From Massalongia carnosa (Eukaryota), in assembly GCA_965645245.1 (NCBI GenBank), contig OZ287080.1, positions 806,001 to 870,000 on the forward strand: a DNA stretch of 64,000 nucleotides, given 5' to 3'. The position numbers were made by a program, and so were the translations under genes. Shown here in pieces: positions 45,434 to 60,700 of the stretch (position 1 is its first letter; each line of letters starts with the position of its first letter). The notes under the pieces are model-generated. The model did not search any database. It was not told where the DNA came from and was given only the letters and a program-made list of their open reading frames with translations.

Positions 45434-47377
45434 ATAGATAGATATATAGATAGATAGATATATTCATACGCCGATATGTCACCGGCCGAAGGCCGGCCCA
45501 TGCGGGATAGACTACTATGGTACAGGAAAACCTTTAAGAGGAATAAAAACCCATTGCCAACGCTGCGCGTACGAGGTCCCAACGGCATCCAGCTGTGCTG
45601 CTCGTGTGCTTTTTCGATGAGTCCCTGGAATGAAAAGAAAGTTATTGCTTGTATAGCAAGCTTGCCGTTAAAGAAAATTGCGCCAAAACGCCAGCTTCGA
45701 TAATCTATCTCGTTACCTGTTTCATTTTTTTGGAAGTTTCGATTATCGTACGATACTCGTTGGTATTTATACGCCGAAACAGCTCTTGTCTTCCCGTCAT
45801 TAATGGGTAGTGCATGATTACGTGTTTGGCCGTTTGCTGGGGCCAACCACAGCTGCAGGCCGCCGTCGTCAAGTTGGGAAGTCGTCGTTTAAATAGAAAA
45901 CTCGCCAGACCTATTTTTCCGTGCGAATTTTTTTTTTTTTTTTTTTATTCATTAAGTGTATTCAACCTAAGGTTATGACACTAAACTATTTTAGGACATG
46001 TTTCTATATTACAAATAAATCAATCCTTTATAACCCATCTATGTATTGTCAATTTTTCCCCATTTTTACTCCGTGTTAGAAACAACCTATAGTAATCGAA
46101 GAATATCGATTTTAAAATTTGTCTTTGTAAGTTCGAGAATGTTTCAGAATAAATCGTTTCTGATTTTACTGTTCGATCTCTCCCCAACCTCCAGTTTCGA
46201 AAATCTCGTCATCAAGCTGACCTAGTATCCATTTTCTTGTCGCGATTTTGTTATTGACAATGAATTTAATCAAAATGTCATTTCCGATTTTTGTATTAAA
46301 CAACATATTCAAGTTGATCGTAGTATCGATATTTTGTTTCATGTTTTGAATTTCATCGACATAGTGAATGCAATTCAATAACAAGTGTTCTGGCGTTTGT
46401 TGTTGATCGCATCGATTTGTGCATTTTGACGAATTATAATCTTTCAATCGATGTAAATATGATCGAAAATAGCCGTGTCCGAATTTTAATTGCATAATAG
46501 TAGCAAATATCAATTTGGAACAGTTGTTTGATAAATAATAAAATCTCGATATGCCAGGTTTCATTTCGAATTTCTCGTAGTATTTGCCTTTTGATTTGCA
46601 TTGTTGCCATTGATTCGTCCATGTGGTTAGCATATTTTGATTTATTTGATCTTTTGCACAATCAAATGTTATCGCCGAGGACTCGACTAGAATTTGATTA
46701 TGGCCCGTCTTTGCTATTTTGTCTACAATTTCGTTTTCGGTAATATTTGAATGACTCGGAATCCATTGCAAAATCACCTGAAAATTGCTTTCAAATAAAA
46801 GTTTTGCGAGCTTTCGAATTTGTCTGGCGAAAATATTATTTGTCAAGTTCTGAATTTCGTTTATCGCGTTTATACTATCAGAAAAAATCCAAATCGTTTT
46901 TTCTAAGTTCGATAAAATATTAGTATTCGACAATTTATAGACCCATTTCATTGCTTGTAAAACCACATGCAGTTCACCATTTTTAATGCTTGACTGTTTG
47001 CTTAATTTCCAGCTTTTCGAAATCGTATGATACTTGATCAGACAATCTTTTTCGATAAATCGATTAAAATTATTGATAATATTACTCCAATTCCTTATAA
47101 TTGGCGCAAATGTGACTGCAGACGTTGCAAATTCGATTTTCGATCCATCTGTATAAAGTAAAACTCGGGATTTATCGGAGTTCCGTGCGAATTTGGGTAG
47201 CTAACGCGCTTTCTACTTTTGCCAGATTATCGTGTATTTTGATTATTCCTTTGGCTAAGGAAGCGCGCTGTGCTTCGGTGGGAAAGGGTGCGCGATCTTG
47301 ATATGCTTTCCAGGCTGTCTGCAATTTCGTTTTGTAATGCGCTTTTATGACTTTCGTGTGAGCGCTGCGATTCATCC
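45432..47377 (-). mobile_element. 3' end of another Tad1-like LINE family (LINE-D) with (TATC)n tail, split by an insertion
   Basis: ESALATQIRTE (to 47181) continues as KIGLASFL...CSCGWPQQTAKHVI (from 45916); GATA repeats at 45432-45460. Confidence 0.85.
45931..47180 (-). mobile_element. 5'-truncated subfamily A LINE
   Basis: Poly(T) tail, RNase H to C-terminus; TSD TTCCGTGCGAATTT (45917-45930 and 47181-47194). Confidence 0.92.
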
Positions 47378-50300
47378 TTTTTATTTTTTTATTTATTCAT
47401 TAAGTGTATTCAACATAAGGTTATGACACTAAACTATTTTAGGATATGTTTCTATATTACAAATAAATCAACCCTTTATAACCCATCTATGTATCGTCAA
47501 TTTTTCCCATTTTTACTACGCGTTAGTAACAACCTATAGTAATCGAAGAATATCGATTTTACAATTTGTCTTTGTAAGTTCGTGAATCTTTCAGCATAAA
47601 TCGTTTCTGATTTTACTGTTCGAACTCTCCCCAACCTCCAGTTTCGAAAATCTCGTCATCAAGCTGACCTAGTATCCATTTTCTAGTCGCGATTTTGTTA
47701 TTGAGAATGAATTTAATCAAAATATCGTTTCCGATTTAGTATTAAACAACATATTCAAGTTGATCGTAGTATCGATATTTTGTTTCATGTTTTGAATTTC
47801 ATCGAAATAGTGAATGCAATTCAATAACAAGTGTTCTAGCGTTTGTCGTTGATTGCATCGATTTGTGCATTTTGCCGAATTATAATCTTTCAATCGCTTT
47901 AAATATGATCGAAAATAGCCGTGTCCGAATTTTAATTGCATAATAGAAGCAAATATCAATTTGGAACAGTTGTTTGATAAATAATAAAATCTCGATATGC
48001 CAGGTTTCATGTCGATTTTCTCGTAGTATTTGCCTTTTGCTTTATTTATTTATTTATGCATTAAGTGTATTCAACCTAAGGTTATGACACTAAACTATTT
48101 TAAGATATGTTTTTATTTTACAAATAAATCAACCCTTTATAACCCAACTATGTATCGTCAATATTGCCCCATTTTTACTCCCTGTTAGTAACAACCTTTA
48201 GTAATCGAAATATCGAATTTACAATTTGTTTTTGTAAAGCTCGTGAATATTCCAGCAAATATCATTTCTAATTTTACTGTTCCATACCTCCCCAACCTCC
48301 CGTTTCGATATTTTCGTCATCGAGCTGACCTAGCATCCATTTTCTAGTCGCGATTTTGTTATCAACAATAAATTTAATCAAAATATTATTTCCGATCCTA
48401 GTATTAAACAATATTTTTAAAGTAATTGTGGTATCGATATTTTGTTTCATGTTTAGGATTTCATATGAATAATGTATGCAATTCATCAATAAGTAATCTG
48501 GAGTTTGACGTTCGTTGCAGCGCCCTGTGCATTTTGACGAATTATAATCTTTCAATCGGTGCAGATATGATCGAAAATAACCGTGTCCAAATTTCATTTG
48601 CATAATAGTCGCAAATATCAAATTCGAACAATTATTCGACAGATAATAAAAACTCGATTTGCCCGGCTGCATTTCGAATTTCTCATAGTATTTGCCTTTT
48701 GACTTGCATTATTGCCATTGATTCGCCCATGCGGCTAACATATTTCGATTTATTTGACCCTTTACATAATCAAATGTTATTATCGAAGACTCGACTAGAA
48801 CTCGACTATGTCCCGCTTTTGCTGCTTTATCTGCAATTTCATTTTCGACGATTTTCGAATGACTAGGAATCCATTGTAGAACCACCTGATAATTGTTTCC
48901 GAATAAGCATTTCGAGAATTTTCGAATTTGTTTCGCGTAAGTATGATTCGTCAAGTTCTGAATTTCGTTTATCGCGTTTATGCTATCGGAAAAAATCCAA
49001 ATAGTTTTTTCCAAATTGGAGAGAATATTCCCAATTGTCAATTTGTATGCCCATTTTATTGCTTTTAGTATCACATACAGTTCAGCGTTTTTAACGCTTT
49101 ACTGTTTGTTTAATTTCCAGCTTTTCGAAATCGTAGAGGAGACAATCTTTTTCGATAAAACGATTAAAGTTATCGGTGAAATTGTTCCAATTTCGCGTAA
49201 TTGGTACAAATGTGACAGCGGAAGTTGAAAACTGGGTTTTTGATCCATCGGTATAGAGTAACATTCGCGATTTATCGGCGTTTATGAATTGAATTTTTGA
49301 TAAAGTCGAATAATAACTTGACTTTGCTGTTTCTTTTGATCTTTCGATTTGGAACTTGATTTTACAAGACGGCTTCCATGGTTTGATGAAATTATTCACT
49401 GATTCGAATTCATCAGTTTTGTGAACTATATCCGAAACGGAATGAAGAATACGGATAAGCTGACTAGGATGAGGTTTACTCGATTTTTTCTCGTCTTCGT
49501 TCCATTCAACATATCTGTTGTTCCATAAACTAGTGTCAAAACCGATGTTTTCGAATTTCACCGAATAGGTACTGGGAATTCTTTGACAAATAGGATTATT
49601 TTCGGCAATCTTCAATAATCGAATTGCGTATTTTTGATTTTTCATCAACAATCGTAGCTTGGCTGGTAAAATATGCGATTCAATTTCCAACGCCTAAACA
49701 GGCGTGGTTTTGAATGTACCTAAAATATTTCGAATCATTCGATTTTGCAGATCCTGAAATAGCTTTTCATATTTCTTTTGACCGTTATACCAGATTTCTG
49801 AGCCATAGTCCGAAATAGGTTTTGCCTTTTGATTTGCATTGTTGCCATTGATTAGTCCATTTGGTTAGCATATTTTGATTTATTTGATCTTTTACATAAT
49901 CAAATGTTATCGCCGAGGACTCGACTAGGATTTGATTAAGGCCCGTCTTTGCTATTTTTTCTGCAATTTCGTTTTCGGTAATATTTGAATGACTCGGAAC
50001 CCATTGCAAAATCACCTGATACTTGCTTTCAAATTAGAGTTTTGCGGGCTTTCGAATTTGTCTGGCGAAAATATGATTTGTCAAGTTCTGAAGTTCGTTT
50101 ATCGCGTTTATAATATCAGAAAATATCCAAATCGTTTTTTCTAAGTTCGATAAAATATTAGTATTCGACAATTTATAGACCCATTTCATTGCTTGTAAAA
50201 TCGCATGAAGTTCAGCGTTTTTAATGCTTGACTGTTTGCTTAATTTCCAGCTTTTCGAAATCGTATGATACTTGATCAGACAATCTTTTTCCATAAATCT

Positions 50301-53300
50301 ATTAAAATTATTGATAATATTACTCCAATTCCTTATAATTGGCGCGAATGCGACTGCAGACGTTGCAAATTCGATTTTCGATCCATCTGTATATGGTAAA
50401 ACTCGGGATTTATCGGAGTTCATTGATTTAACTTTGGATAAGGTCGAATAATAACTTGATTTAGCAGATTCCTTTGTATTTTCAATTTGAAATTCGATTT
50501 TACACGGCGATTTCAAAGTTTTGATAAAATGATTTGATTGTTCAAATTCATAAGTAATGTGAACTATGTCGGAAACGGAATGAAGAACGCGAATAAGCTG
50601 ACTAGGATGTCGTTTAGTTGTTTGTTTTTCGTCTTCGTTCCATTCTGCATATTTGTTGTTCCATAAACTAGTGTCAAAACCGATATCTTCGAATTTTATC
50701 GAATATGTGTTTGGAATTCTTTGACAAATAGGGTTATTTTCGGCAATCTTCAGTAATCGAATTGCGTATTTTTGATTTTTCATTAATAATCAAAGTTTAA
50801 CTTGTAAACAATGTGATTCAATTTCCATCGCTTGAATATGTGTGGTTTTGAAAGTTCCTAAAATCTTTCGAATCATTTGATTTTGTAGGTTCTGAAATAG
50901 GTTTTCATATTTCTATTGACCATTATACCAAATTTCTGAGCCGTAGTCAGAAATAGGGATAATGCATGACAAATAGAGCTGTCTGCATGCGGTCGGTTTC
51001 AGACCCCATTCGGATTTCATCAAATTCTGAATTGCAAAAAACGATCGATTCGCAGAAGAGATCCGCGTTTTGACATGTTTTTTGAAATTCAGTTTCCGGT
51101 CTAACCAGACGCCCAACCATTTGACCACATTTATTGGATCTAATACTGTTCCGTTTGGTAATTCTAATGTTTCTTTCGATACATTTCTTGTCTTTTCGAA
51201 GTGAATCAGCTCGGATTTATCGTTATCAAATTTGACATTATTCGATGCGGCCCAATCAAAGGCTGTTTTTACTATGATTTCGATTTCTTTGCAATTCTGT
51301 TTTGCAGTTTCATTTTCTACATATATTGCAACATCGTCAATAAAACTGGGAGAATAAGCATTGAATTTCATTCGTATTTTCGGAAACAAGTGACGGCGGT
51401 AAATCAGAAATAGAATAGGCGAGATTGGTGAGCCTTTTGGAATTGCTGATTCGACATAATATGTTTTGCTTTTATTTTTATCAAATATCAAATTGATCGA
51501 TCGTTTTGTCATGAAATGCTTGACCCATTGAATTATTATGCTTGATAATTTCAGCTTTTTGATAACATTTAGCAGTTGATTAATCGAGACAAAGTCAAAT
51601 GCGCCTTTGACATCGAGTAATAAATATGATAAGACGTTTTTATTTCTATTTGCAATTTCAATATTATGAACAACGTTCATTACTGCGTCAATTGCAGAAT
51701 GGTTTTTGCGTCCGCCCATCTGTTCGATATCGAGTTAATTCGAATATTCGCCGAAGTAGGCTAGTCGATTTGCAACGATTTTCTCAGCAATTTTACCAAG
51801 ACAATTTAGTAATGTGATAATTCCATATGATTTTGGAAACGAATAGTCTGATTTATTAGGTTTTTTCAGAACTGCACCGAGTCCTGTCCGCCAGCATAAC
51901 GGGTGATAACCGATTCGAATGAATTTTGAATAAATCATGAAAAACACGTTTTTCAACGATTGAAACGATTTTTGAACAATTGTAAAATTGATTGCATCAG
52001 GTCCACATGTTTTTTTCAGATTAAATTAACTAATTGCATTTTTCAACTCGTTTTCGGTCAAATCTGGCCAATTATCATCATTTTCGTTATCTTGAATTGA
52101 TAAATCTTCCACATTATCGTCAATAAATGGGTTTTTTGTGTACATTGCTGACACAAATGCATCGCATTTGTCATCAAACTGAACATTTAGCTTGTTTTCA
52201 TCTAGAATCGGCGGTATTTTTTCGAATATGCGCGATTTAGTGTATTTATACGCGGTAAATACATCTTTATTTGCTGCATTTTCTAGAAAAGTCAAACCTG
52301 TTTGTTGTTTTGCTTTTCGAATTGCACGAAAATACTCGATTCGACTATGTTTAAACGTCCGATGACTAAAATCGGACGGATAATTCTTCCATTTTCGACG
52401 ATGTCTGCACATGGTTTTTCGAAGTTCAGTTAAATCTTGCGAACACCAATTTTTCGATTTTGCTCAAATTCTCGTTTTCGGAATATACATTTCAGCCGCG
52501 TTTTTGATAATATTTTGCAAATATATCACTGATTCGTCGAATTGATGATTATTCAATAATCTTTGAACTTGTGATTCGTAGATGGTTGAATCTTCCTCTA
52601 GATACTTCGCGAATTTATTCCAATCTGCTTTATTGCAATTGTATTTATTCGATAATGCGGTTGCATGTGACGTCAAATTTTTGAAAGATGCGGTTAATTC
52701 AAATCGGATGACTTCATGATCAGAACCTGTGACTGCGTTTTCATCGATTGACCAATTTGTAATTGCATTTTCGATTTTAGAACTTGCAAATGTTAAATCA
52801 ATAACAGATGAAAAACTTCCAGCATGGGCGTAGTATGTATATAAGTCAGGTGTGTTTATCAAACTATACCTGTTTAATTTAAACCATTTAACAAGATTTT
52901 CTGATCGAATTGTTTGTTGAATTTTCGAATTCCACCAGTTATGATATGCATTGAAATCTCCACAGATGACGAATTGATCAGTTGATTTTGGTTGTAATTG
53001 GATTAAAAGTCGATCGATCGTGTATGTTTCTCGATCACTTTGACTTTTTTCGTTATAAATATTGAAAATCTGCACTTTTCGAACTTCATCAATTGTAATT
53101 TCAATAATTTGCATATCAGAATCGTCAATAAGATCCGTTCTAGGCGTGCATTGCAATTTAGGATTGCCTTTTGTGAAAAATAAAGCTACTCTCGAGCGAT
53201 AAGTCGCTATTTTTGGCATAATACATGTAAATGACGGATGTGATATCGTTTTTTTGATCTCGTGTCCATGGTTCCTGAAACAAAACAATATGAATTTGAT

Positions 53301-53625
53301 TTGATAAAGCATATTCCAAACACGATATCATTGCATTCGTTGACTTTGCACAGTTATGTTGAATAAATTTAACATTTTGTGAATTTTCGATGTTTGTCAA
53401 CGAATGCTGTCCTGCCATTACAAAGCGGCTAATCCGTCTGTGGATTTTCGAACATTTAACGATTTAACCATTTCACAATTTTCATCATTGGATTGATGAT
53501 TCTTGTTGCAATTCGCGCATTTGACGACGACGTGTGCACAAGCAATTTTTGACTTGCATGTTGTGCATTCATGATTGCGTGTTCATGGTTTTGGGCACAT
53601 ATGCTGCATTTCGCTTGACTTTTGC
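47378..53625 (-). mobile_element. Decayed subfamily A LINE (A3): 3' tail, ORF2 and end of ORF1
   Basis: Collinear with A1 (19247 to about 23700); TAATG at 53416-53420; stops and frameshifts. Confidence 0.92.
48040..49820 (-). mobile_element. 5'-truncated subfamily B LINE inside A3
   Basis: TSD TTTGCCTTTTG (48029-48039 and 49821-49831); matches B1 17057 to about 18840. Confidence 0.9.
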
Positions 53626-53707
53626 TTTTTTATTTTTTATTTTATTTATTAATAAAGTGTATTCAACCTAAGGTTATGACACTAAACTATTTTAAGATAT
53701 GGTTTTA

Positions 53708-53891
53708 ACAAATTGTAAAATCTATATTTCTAAAGGTTGGTACTAACACGGAGTAAAAACGGGGCAATATTGACGATAGATAGTTGGGTTATAAAGGGTT
53801 GATTTATTTGTAAAATAAAACCATATCTTAAAATAGTTTAGTGTCATAAACTTAGGTTGAATACAATTAATGAATAAATAAAAAATAAAAA
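53708..53891 (+). mobile_element. 184-bp LINE 3' end inserted antisense in the B2 3' UTR
   Basis: Reverse complement of the B 3' UTR with A-rich tail; TSD AAGATATGGTTTTA / AAGACATGGTTTTA (53694-53707 and 53892-53905). Confidence 0.88.
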
Positions 53892-54191
53892 AAGACATGG
53901 TTTTATTTTACAAATAAATCAACCTATTATAACCCAACTATGTATCATCAATATTGCACCGTTTTTACTCCGTGTTAGTAACAACCTTTAGTAATCGAAA
54001 TATCGATTTTACAATTTGTTTTTGTAAAGCTCGTAAATATTCCAGCATAAATCATTTCTAATTTTACTGTTCGATCTCTCCCCATCCTCCCGTTTCGATA
54101 TTTTCGTCATCGAGCTGACCTAGCATCCATTTTCTAGTCGCGATTTTATTATCAACAATAAATTTAATCAAAATATTATTTCCGATCCTAG

Positions 54192-54754
54192 TATTAACCA
54201 ACATTTTTAAAGTAATTGTGGTATCGATATTTTGTTTCATGTTTAGGAATTCATTTGAATAATGTATGCAATCATCAATAAGTGTTCTGGCGTTTGACGA
54301 TCGTTGCAGCGCCCTTTGCATTTTGACGAATTATAATCTTTCATTCGGTGCAGATATGATCGAAAATAACCGTGTCCGAATTTCATTTGCATAATAGTCG
54401 CAAATATTAATTTCCAACAATTATTCGACAGATAATAAAAACTCGATTTGCCCGGCTGCATTTCCAATTTCTTATTAAACAACATTTTTAAAATAATTTT
54501 GGTATCGAAATTTTGTTTCATGTTAAGGATTTCATTGGAATAATGTATGGAAATCTTCAATAATTGTTCTGGCGTTTAACGTTCGTTGCAGCGCACTGTG
54601 CATTTTGACGAATTATAATCTTTCAATCGGTGCAGAAATGATCGAAAATAACCGTGTCCAAATTTCATTTAAATAATAATGGCAAATATCAAATTTCGAA
54701 CAATTATTCGACAAATAATAAAAACTCGATTTGCCCGGCTGCATTTCGAATTTC
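54192..54754. repeat. About 280-bp tandem duplication in B2 ORF2
   Basis: 54192-54471 and 54472-54754 both cover the MQPGKSSFYY...MLFN region. Confidence 0.8.
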
Positions 54755-57700
54755 TCATAGTATTTGCCTTTTGACTTGCATTGTTGCCATTGATTCGCCC
54801 ATGTGGCTAACATATTTCGATTTATTTGACCCTTTACATAATCAAATGTTATTATCGAAGACTCGACTAGGACTCGACTATGTCCCGCTTTTGCTGCTTT
54901 ATCTGCAATTTCATTTTCGACGATTTTCGAATGACTAGGAATCCACTTTAGAACCACCTGATAATTGTTTCCGAATAAGCATTTCGAGAATTTTCGAATT
55001 TGTTTTGCGTAAGTATGATTTGTCAAGTTCTGGATTTCGTTTATCGCGTTTATGCTATCGGAAAAAATCCAAATCGTTTTTTCCAAATTGAAGAGAATAT
55101 TCGCAATTGTCAATTTGTATGCCAATTTTATTGCTTGTAGTATCGCATACAGTTCAGCGTTTTTAACGCTTTACTATTTGTTTAATTTCCAGCTTTTCGA
55201 AATCGTATGATGTTTGAGTAGACAATCTTTTTCGATAAAACGATTGAAGTTATCGGTGAAATTGTTCCAATTTCGCGAAATTGGTGCAAATGTGACAGCG
55301 GAAGTTGAAAACTCGGTTTTTGATCCATCGGTATAAAGTAACATTTGCGATTTATCGGCGTTTATTGATTGAATTTTTGATAAAGTCGAATAATAACTTG
55401 ACTTTGCTGTTTCTTCTGATCTTTCGATTTGGAACTTGATTTTACAAGACGGCTTCCATGGTTTGATTAAATTATATACTGATTCGAATTCATCAGTTTT
55501 GAGAACTATATCCGAAACGGAATGAAGAATACGGATAAGCTGACTAGGATGAGGTTTACTCGATTTTTTCCCGTCTTCGTTCCATTCAGCATATCTGTTG
55601 TTCCATAAACTAGTGTCAAAACCGATGTTTTCGAATTTCACCGAATAGGTACTGCGAATTCTTTAACAAATAGGATTATTTTCGGCAATCTTCAATAATC
55701 AAATTGCGTATTTTTGATTTTTCATCAACAATCGTAGCTTGGCTGGTAAAATATGCGATTCAATTTCCATCGCCTGAACAGGCGTGGTTTTGAATGTGCC
55801 TAAAATCTTTCGAATCATTCAATTTTGCAGATTCTGAAATAGCTTTTCATATTTCTTTTGACCGTTATACCAGATTTCTGAGCCATAGTCCGAAATAGGA
55901 ATAATGCATGACAAATAGAGCTGTCTGCATGCAGTTGGCTTTAGTCCCCATTCAGACTTCATCAAATTTTGAATTGCGAAAAACGATCGATTTGCAGAAG
56001 CAATTCGCGTTTCGACGTGTTTTTTGTAATTTAGTTTTCGGTCTAACCAGACTCCTAACCATTTGGAAGATTTTTTCGGTTCTAGTATTGTCCCGTTTGG
56101 TAATTGCACTTTGTCTTTTGATGCATTTCTTGACTTTTCGAAGTGAATCAACCCAGATTTGACGTCATCAAATTTGACATTATTCGTCGGCCCAATCAAA
56201 AGCTGTTTTGACGATAATTTCGATTTCTTTGCAATTCTGTTTGGCAGTTTTATTTTCGTCATATATTTCAACATCGTCTATAAAGCTAGGTGAATGAGCA
56301 TTGAATTTCATTCGTATTTTCGGAAATAAGTAACGAATATAAATCAGAAATAGAATTGGCGAAAATGGTGAACCTTGTGGAATTCTAGATTCGATATAGT
56401 ACGTTTTGCTTTTGTGTTTATCGAATATCAAATTGATGGATAGTTTTGTCATAAAATGCTTGACCCATTGAATAACTATGCGAGATAAATGCAGCTTTTT
56501 CATGACATTTAGCAATTGATTAATCGAAACAAAGTCAAATGCTCCTTTGACATCGAGTAATAGACATGATAAAACGTTTTTGTTTAGGTTTGCGATTTTG
56601 ATATCATGAACGACGTTTATTACCGCATCGATTGCAGAATAATTTTTGCGTCCGCCCATTTGTTCGGTATCTAACAAGCTCGAATTTTCGCTGAGGTAGG
56701 CTAGTCGATTAGCAACTATTTTCTCCGCAATTTTACCAAGACAATTCAGTAAGGTAATAATTCGATATGATTTTGGCAGCGAGAAGTCTGGTTTTTTAGG
56801 TTTTTTTAAAACTGCACCGAGTCCGGTTCGCCAACATAACGCGTGATAACCGATTTGTATAAATTTAGACTAAATAGTAAAAAACACGTTTTTCAATTGT
56901 TGAAACGATTTTAAAATTATTGTGAAATTGATTGCATCAGGTCCACATGATTTCTTTCGATTAAACAAACTAATCGCATTTTGCAATTCATTTTCGGTTA
57001 AATTTGGCCAATTGTTGTTATTTTCGCTGTTTTGATTCGTTAAATCTTCAATATTATCATCCGTGAACGGGTTTTTAGTGTACATTGCTAACACAAACGC
57101 ATCGCATTTGTGATCGAATTGAATATTTGACTTATTTTCATATTGAATAGGTGGTATTTTTTCGAACATGCGCGGTTTAGTGTATTTATAAGCTGTAAAT
57201 ACGTCTTTATTCGCTGCGTTTTCTAGGAAAGCCAACCAAGTTTGCTGTTTCGCTTTACGAATTGCATGAAAGTACTCGATTCGACTATCTCTAAATGTTT
57301 GATGACTAAAATAGGACGGATTATTCTTCCATTCTCGACGATGTCTACACATGATTTTTCGAAGTCCGGTTAAATCTTGCGACCACCAATTTTTCGATTT
57401 TGCGCATATTTTTGTCTTCGGAATAAACATTTCAGCCGCGTTTTTGATAACGTTTTGCAAATATAACGCTGATTCATCAAATCGATAATTGTTCAATAGA
57501 CTTTGTATTTGGGACTCGTAGTTAATTGCATTTTCCTCTAGAAACTTCGTGAATTTATTCCAATCGGCTTTATTGCAGTTGTATTTATTTATTCGATAAT
57601 GCGGTGGCGTGTGAGATCAAGTTCTTGAAAGACGCGATAAGTTCAAATCGAATAACTTCATGATCTGAACCCGTGACTGCGTTTTCATCGATTGACCAAT

Positions 57701-60700
57701 TTGTAATTGAGTTTTCGATTTTAGAATTTGCAAATGTTAAATCAATAATAGATGAAGAATTTCCTGAGTGAGGGAAAAATGTATATTGATCAGGCGTATT
57801 TATCAAACTACATTTGTTTAATTTTAACCATTTGACTAGATTATCTGATCGAGTTGCATTTTGAATCTTCGAATTCCACCAGCTATGATGTGCATTGAAA
57901 TCTCCACATATGACAAATTGATCAGTTGATATAGGTTGATATTTAACTAAAAGTCGATCGATTGTATATGTTTCTCGATCGTTTAGACTTTTTTCATTGT
58001 AAAGGTTAAAGATCTGCACTTTTTGAACTTCATCAATTGTAATTTCGATAATTTGCAGATCAGTATCGTTAATAAGAACCGTTCTAGGCGTGCATTGTAA
58101 TTTTGGATTGCATTTTGTAACGAATATAGCTACTCTCGGCCGATAAGTCGCTATTTTCGGCATAATACATGTGAATGACAGATGGGAAATTGTTCTTTGA
58201 TCTCGCGTCCATGGTTCCTGAAATAAAACAATATCAACACGATTTTATACTGCATATTCCAGACACAAAATCATTGCATTCGTTGACTTTGCACAACTAT
58301 GTTGAATAAATTTGACATTTTGTGTATTTTCGATATTTGTCAACGAATGTTGTCCCGCCATTAACCAGGCATTAATTCATCATTCGATTTTCTAGGATTT
58401 AGCGAGATAAACATTTCGCAACCTATATCGTTCGATTGATGATTTTTGTTGCAATTGACGCATTTCAGAATTGCATGTGCGCATGCGATTTTAGACTTGC
58501 ATGTTGTGCATTCATGATTATGCGTTTCATGACTTTGTGCGCATATATTGCATTTTGCCGGACTTTTGCATTGATAATGCTTATGTCCAAATTTCTGACA
58601 ATTAATACATTGCGTGTTTGGACGAACGGAAGCAAATATTCCCGTGTCACAATGTCTACCCGCGATATTCACGCCTCTTAACGCGTTTGACGCTTGATTT
58701 TGATTATTGAAAGTCAAAACTACAGACGACGTGACTTTATTTTGACAATCCCGAGCAAGCCATCTTGGTAAATCGCATAGTTGCATATTCGAATTATATT
58801 TTTCGATTTCGGTTTGCAAATATTGCTTTTATTATCGAATAATGAGATATTTACTCCGTGTGCTATGACTTTAAACCAGGATTCCTCTTTTCGAATTCTT
58901 TGTGATTCGAAAATGTGTTCCCATGAAGATTTATTTTTCAACAATTCTTCGGCATTGTGTCAGGACTCATGGTGAGAACGATATTCTGACCGGTTTTAGA
59001 CTTTTCAACAGTATTGACGATAATGTTTAAATTTGCGTTTTTTAATAGCGCGTTAATTTCATCACGCAACTTCATAGAGTCGATTTGAGCGTCAAAATTT
59101 TTCGGTGAAATCACGAGTCGTCTGGCCTTGATTGCATCAAATCGATCGACTTTGTTCGAATTATGATTCGAACTTTTCCTTTGAATAGTAGTCCAATTTT
59201 CGGAGTTTTCGGTTGCTTTTCAAAGCATTTGACACCATGTACCGGTTGTGCTAACATTGTTACCAGAGACCCCGATGGCTCCTTTGCGAATGGTCTGATT
59301 TTCGATAATTGAATTTCATTCAATTTAACAACAGGTTTTTGGATTTTTGGACCATTCTTTCTGTAGTGGAGTCGTTTGTTGTTGTGATGTTTACGAGGAA
59401 AGATGACTAGTTTGATCAAGTACTATGCCCATTTTATAGTTAATCATATCTAAGGATGTTTGTAAATTGATTGATTTTTTCGAAATCAACGAATTAACGT
59501 TGTCAATTACGATAGCCGTTTGTGGATTTTGGTCGAGTACAAATGATTGCAATAGTGCTTTTTTGGCCGACTTTAGAAGCTCAATTGAATTTGCCCGATT
59601 GATCGCTTCTTGGCTATCTCTCGAATGTTCGTCAAATGTGCGTCTTTTATTTCGTTTGATTAGTTGGCTTGATCCAATGTTTAAGTTCAATGAAGGCATC
59701 GGCAAGGTAGTGGAAAATGGACCCGATGGGAATTTCGTTGTCTTTGGTGTCGGTGTTGACGGGGCTGATGCATATTCGCGAGTTTGATCCATAAGTTCAA
59801 GACGGGGAGAGCTCCCTATCAACGCCACCGGAGATGGTCCGGGGGAGTGTCGGGGGGGGGCCGGGTGAGGGGTCGATAGGGGGGCGGGACCGGCTGGGGG
59901 TGGTGTCCTTGGTATATTCCGGCGGTTCATTACCGCGTTAAACATGATTTTATAAATAAATCGATGTTGCCTTTGCTATATCCCCTTTATCGCCACCAAA
60001 TAGTTTATTCTGACGTTCCCCGGACGTACTAGTCATAATAGAGAGTTTTTACGCCGATTTACTGATCTAAAGACTCTTGCTTTCCAAATCCTATTTACGA
60101 GTTAAAATAGACCGTTCCTCGCTTAGGCAATAGATCTTATTTAACTCTTTACCTTGACACTACGATATTTGGAATATAATAAGAATTTTACGATCGAACA
60201 GAAAAAATTTTTTTTTAAAAAATGTTTTTGATCCAGAAATAGTACAATGAGAGAGTAGGAGACTTCCTATTCTGGTTAGCCTGAAACAGGGCCTTTGGTT
60301 TAACCCTATTTCAGACGTTTTTCCCCTTCGTTTCAGCAGATTGTTGGTCGCCAGTTCAACGAAAATCGAAAAACCCAAAATGGAATAGTGTATACGGTAC
60401 CGGTAACCTTAAATTTCAAATGAACTCCAAGAAGTTTTGTTGTCTCGAGAACAGGTTGTACAGTTACGCGACAGTGATGATATTTTGTAGATAAATTTTG
60501 TGATAATAAATGAGATCTATGCGACAATTAAACCGAAGAAATATCGAAAATCGAGCGAATTTTGACGTTGTTGTTGGTGTTTTTGTGTTTTGTAGATTTT
60601 TTGGACGCGCTTTTTGGTGAAGGGGCGGACAGACCGCGAGGAAAACTCTGCAGGAGCAGTGGAAGAGCTCTCCTGTACCCAATTCTGATGGGTTTTAGCT

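Noticed and set aside
54192..54754. Functional duplication of the ORF2 zinc-finger region
   Set aside because: Both copies carry frameshifts; decay or assembly error is more likely.
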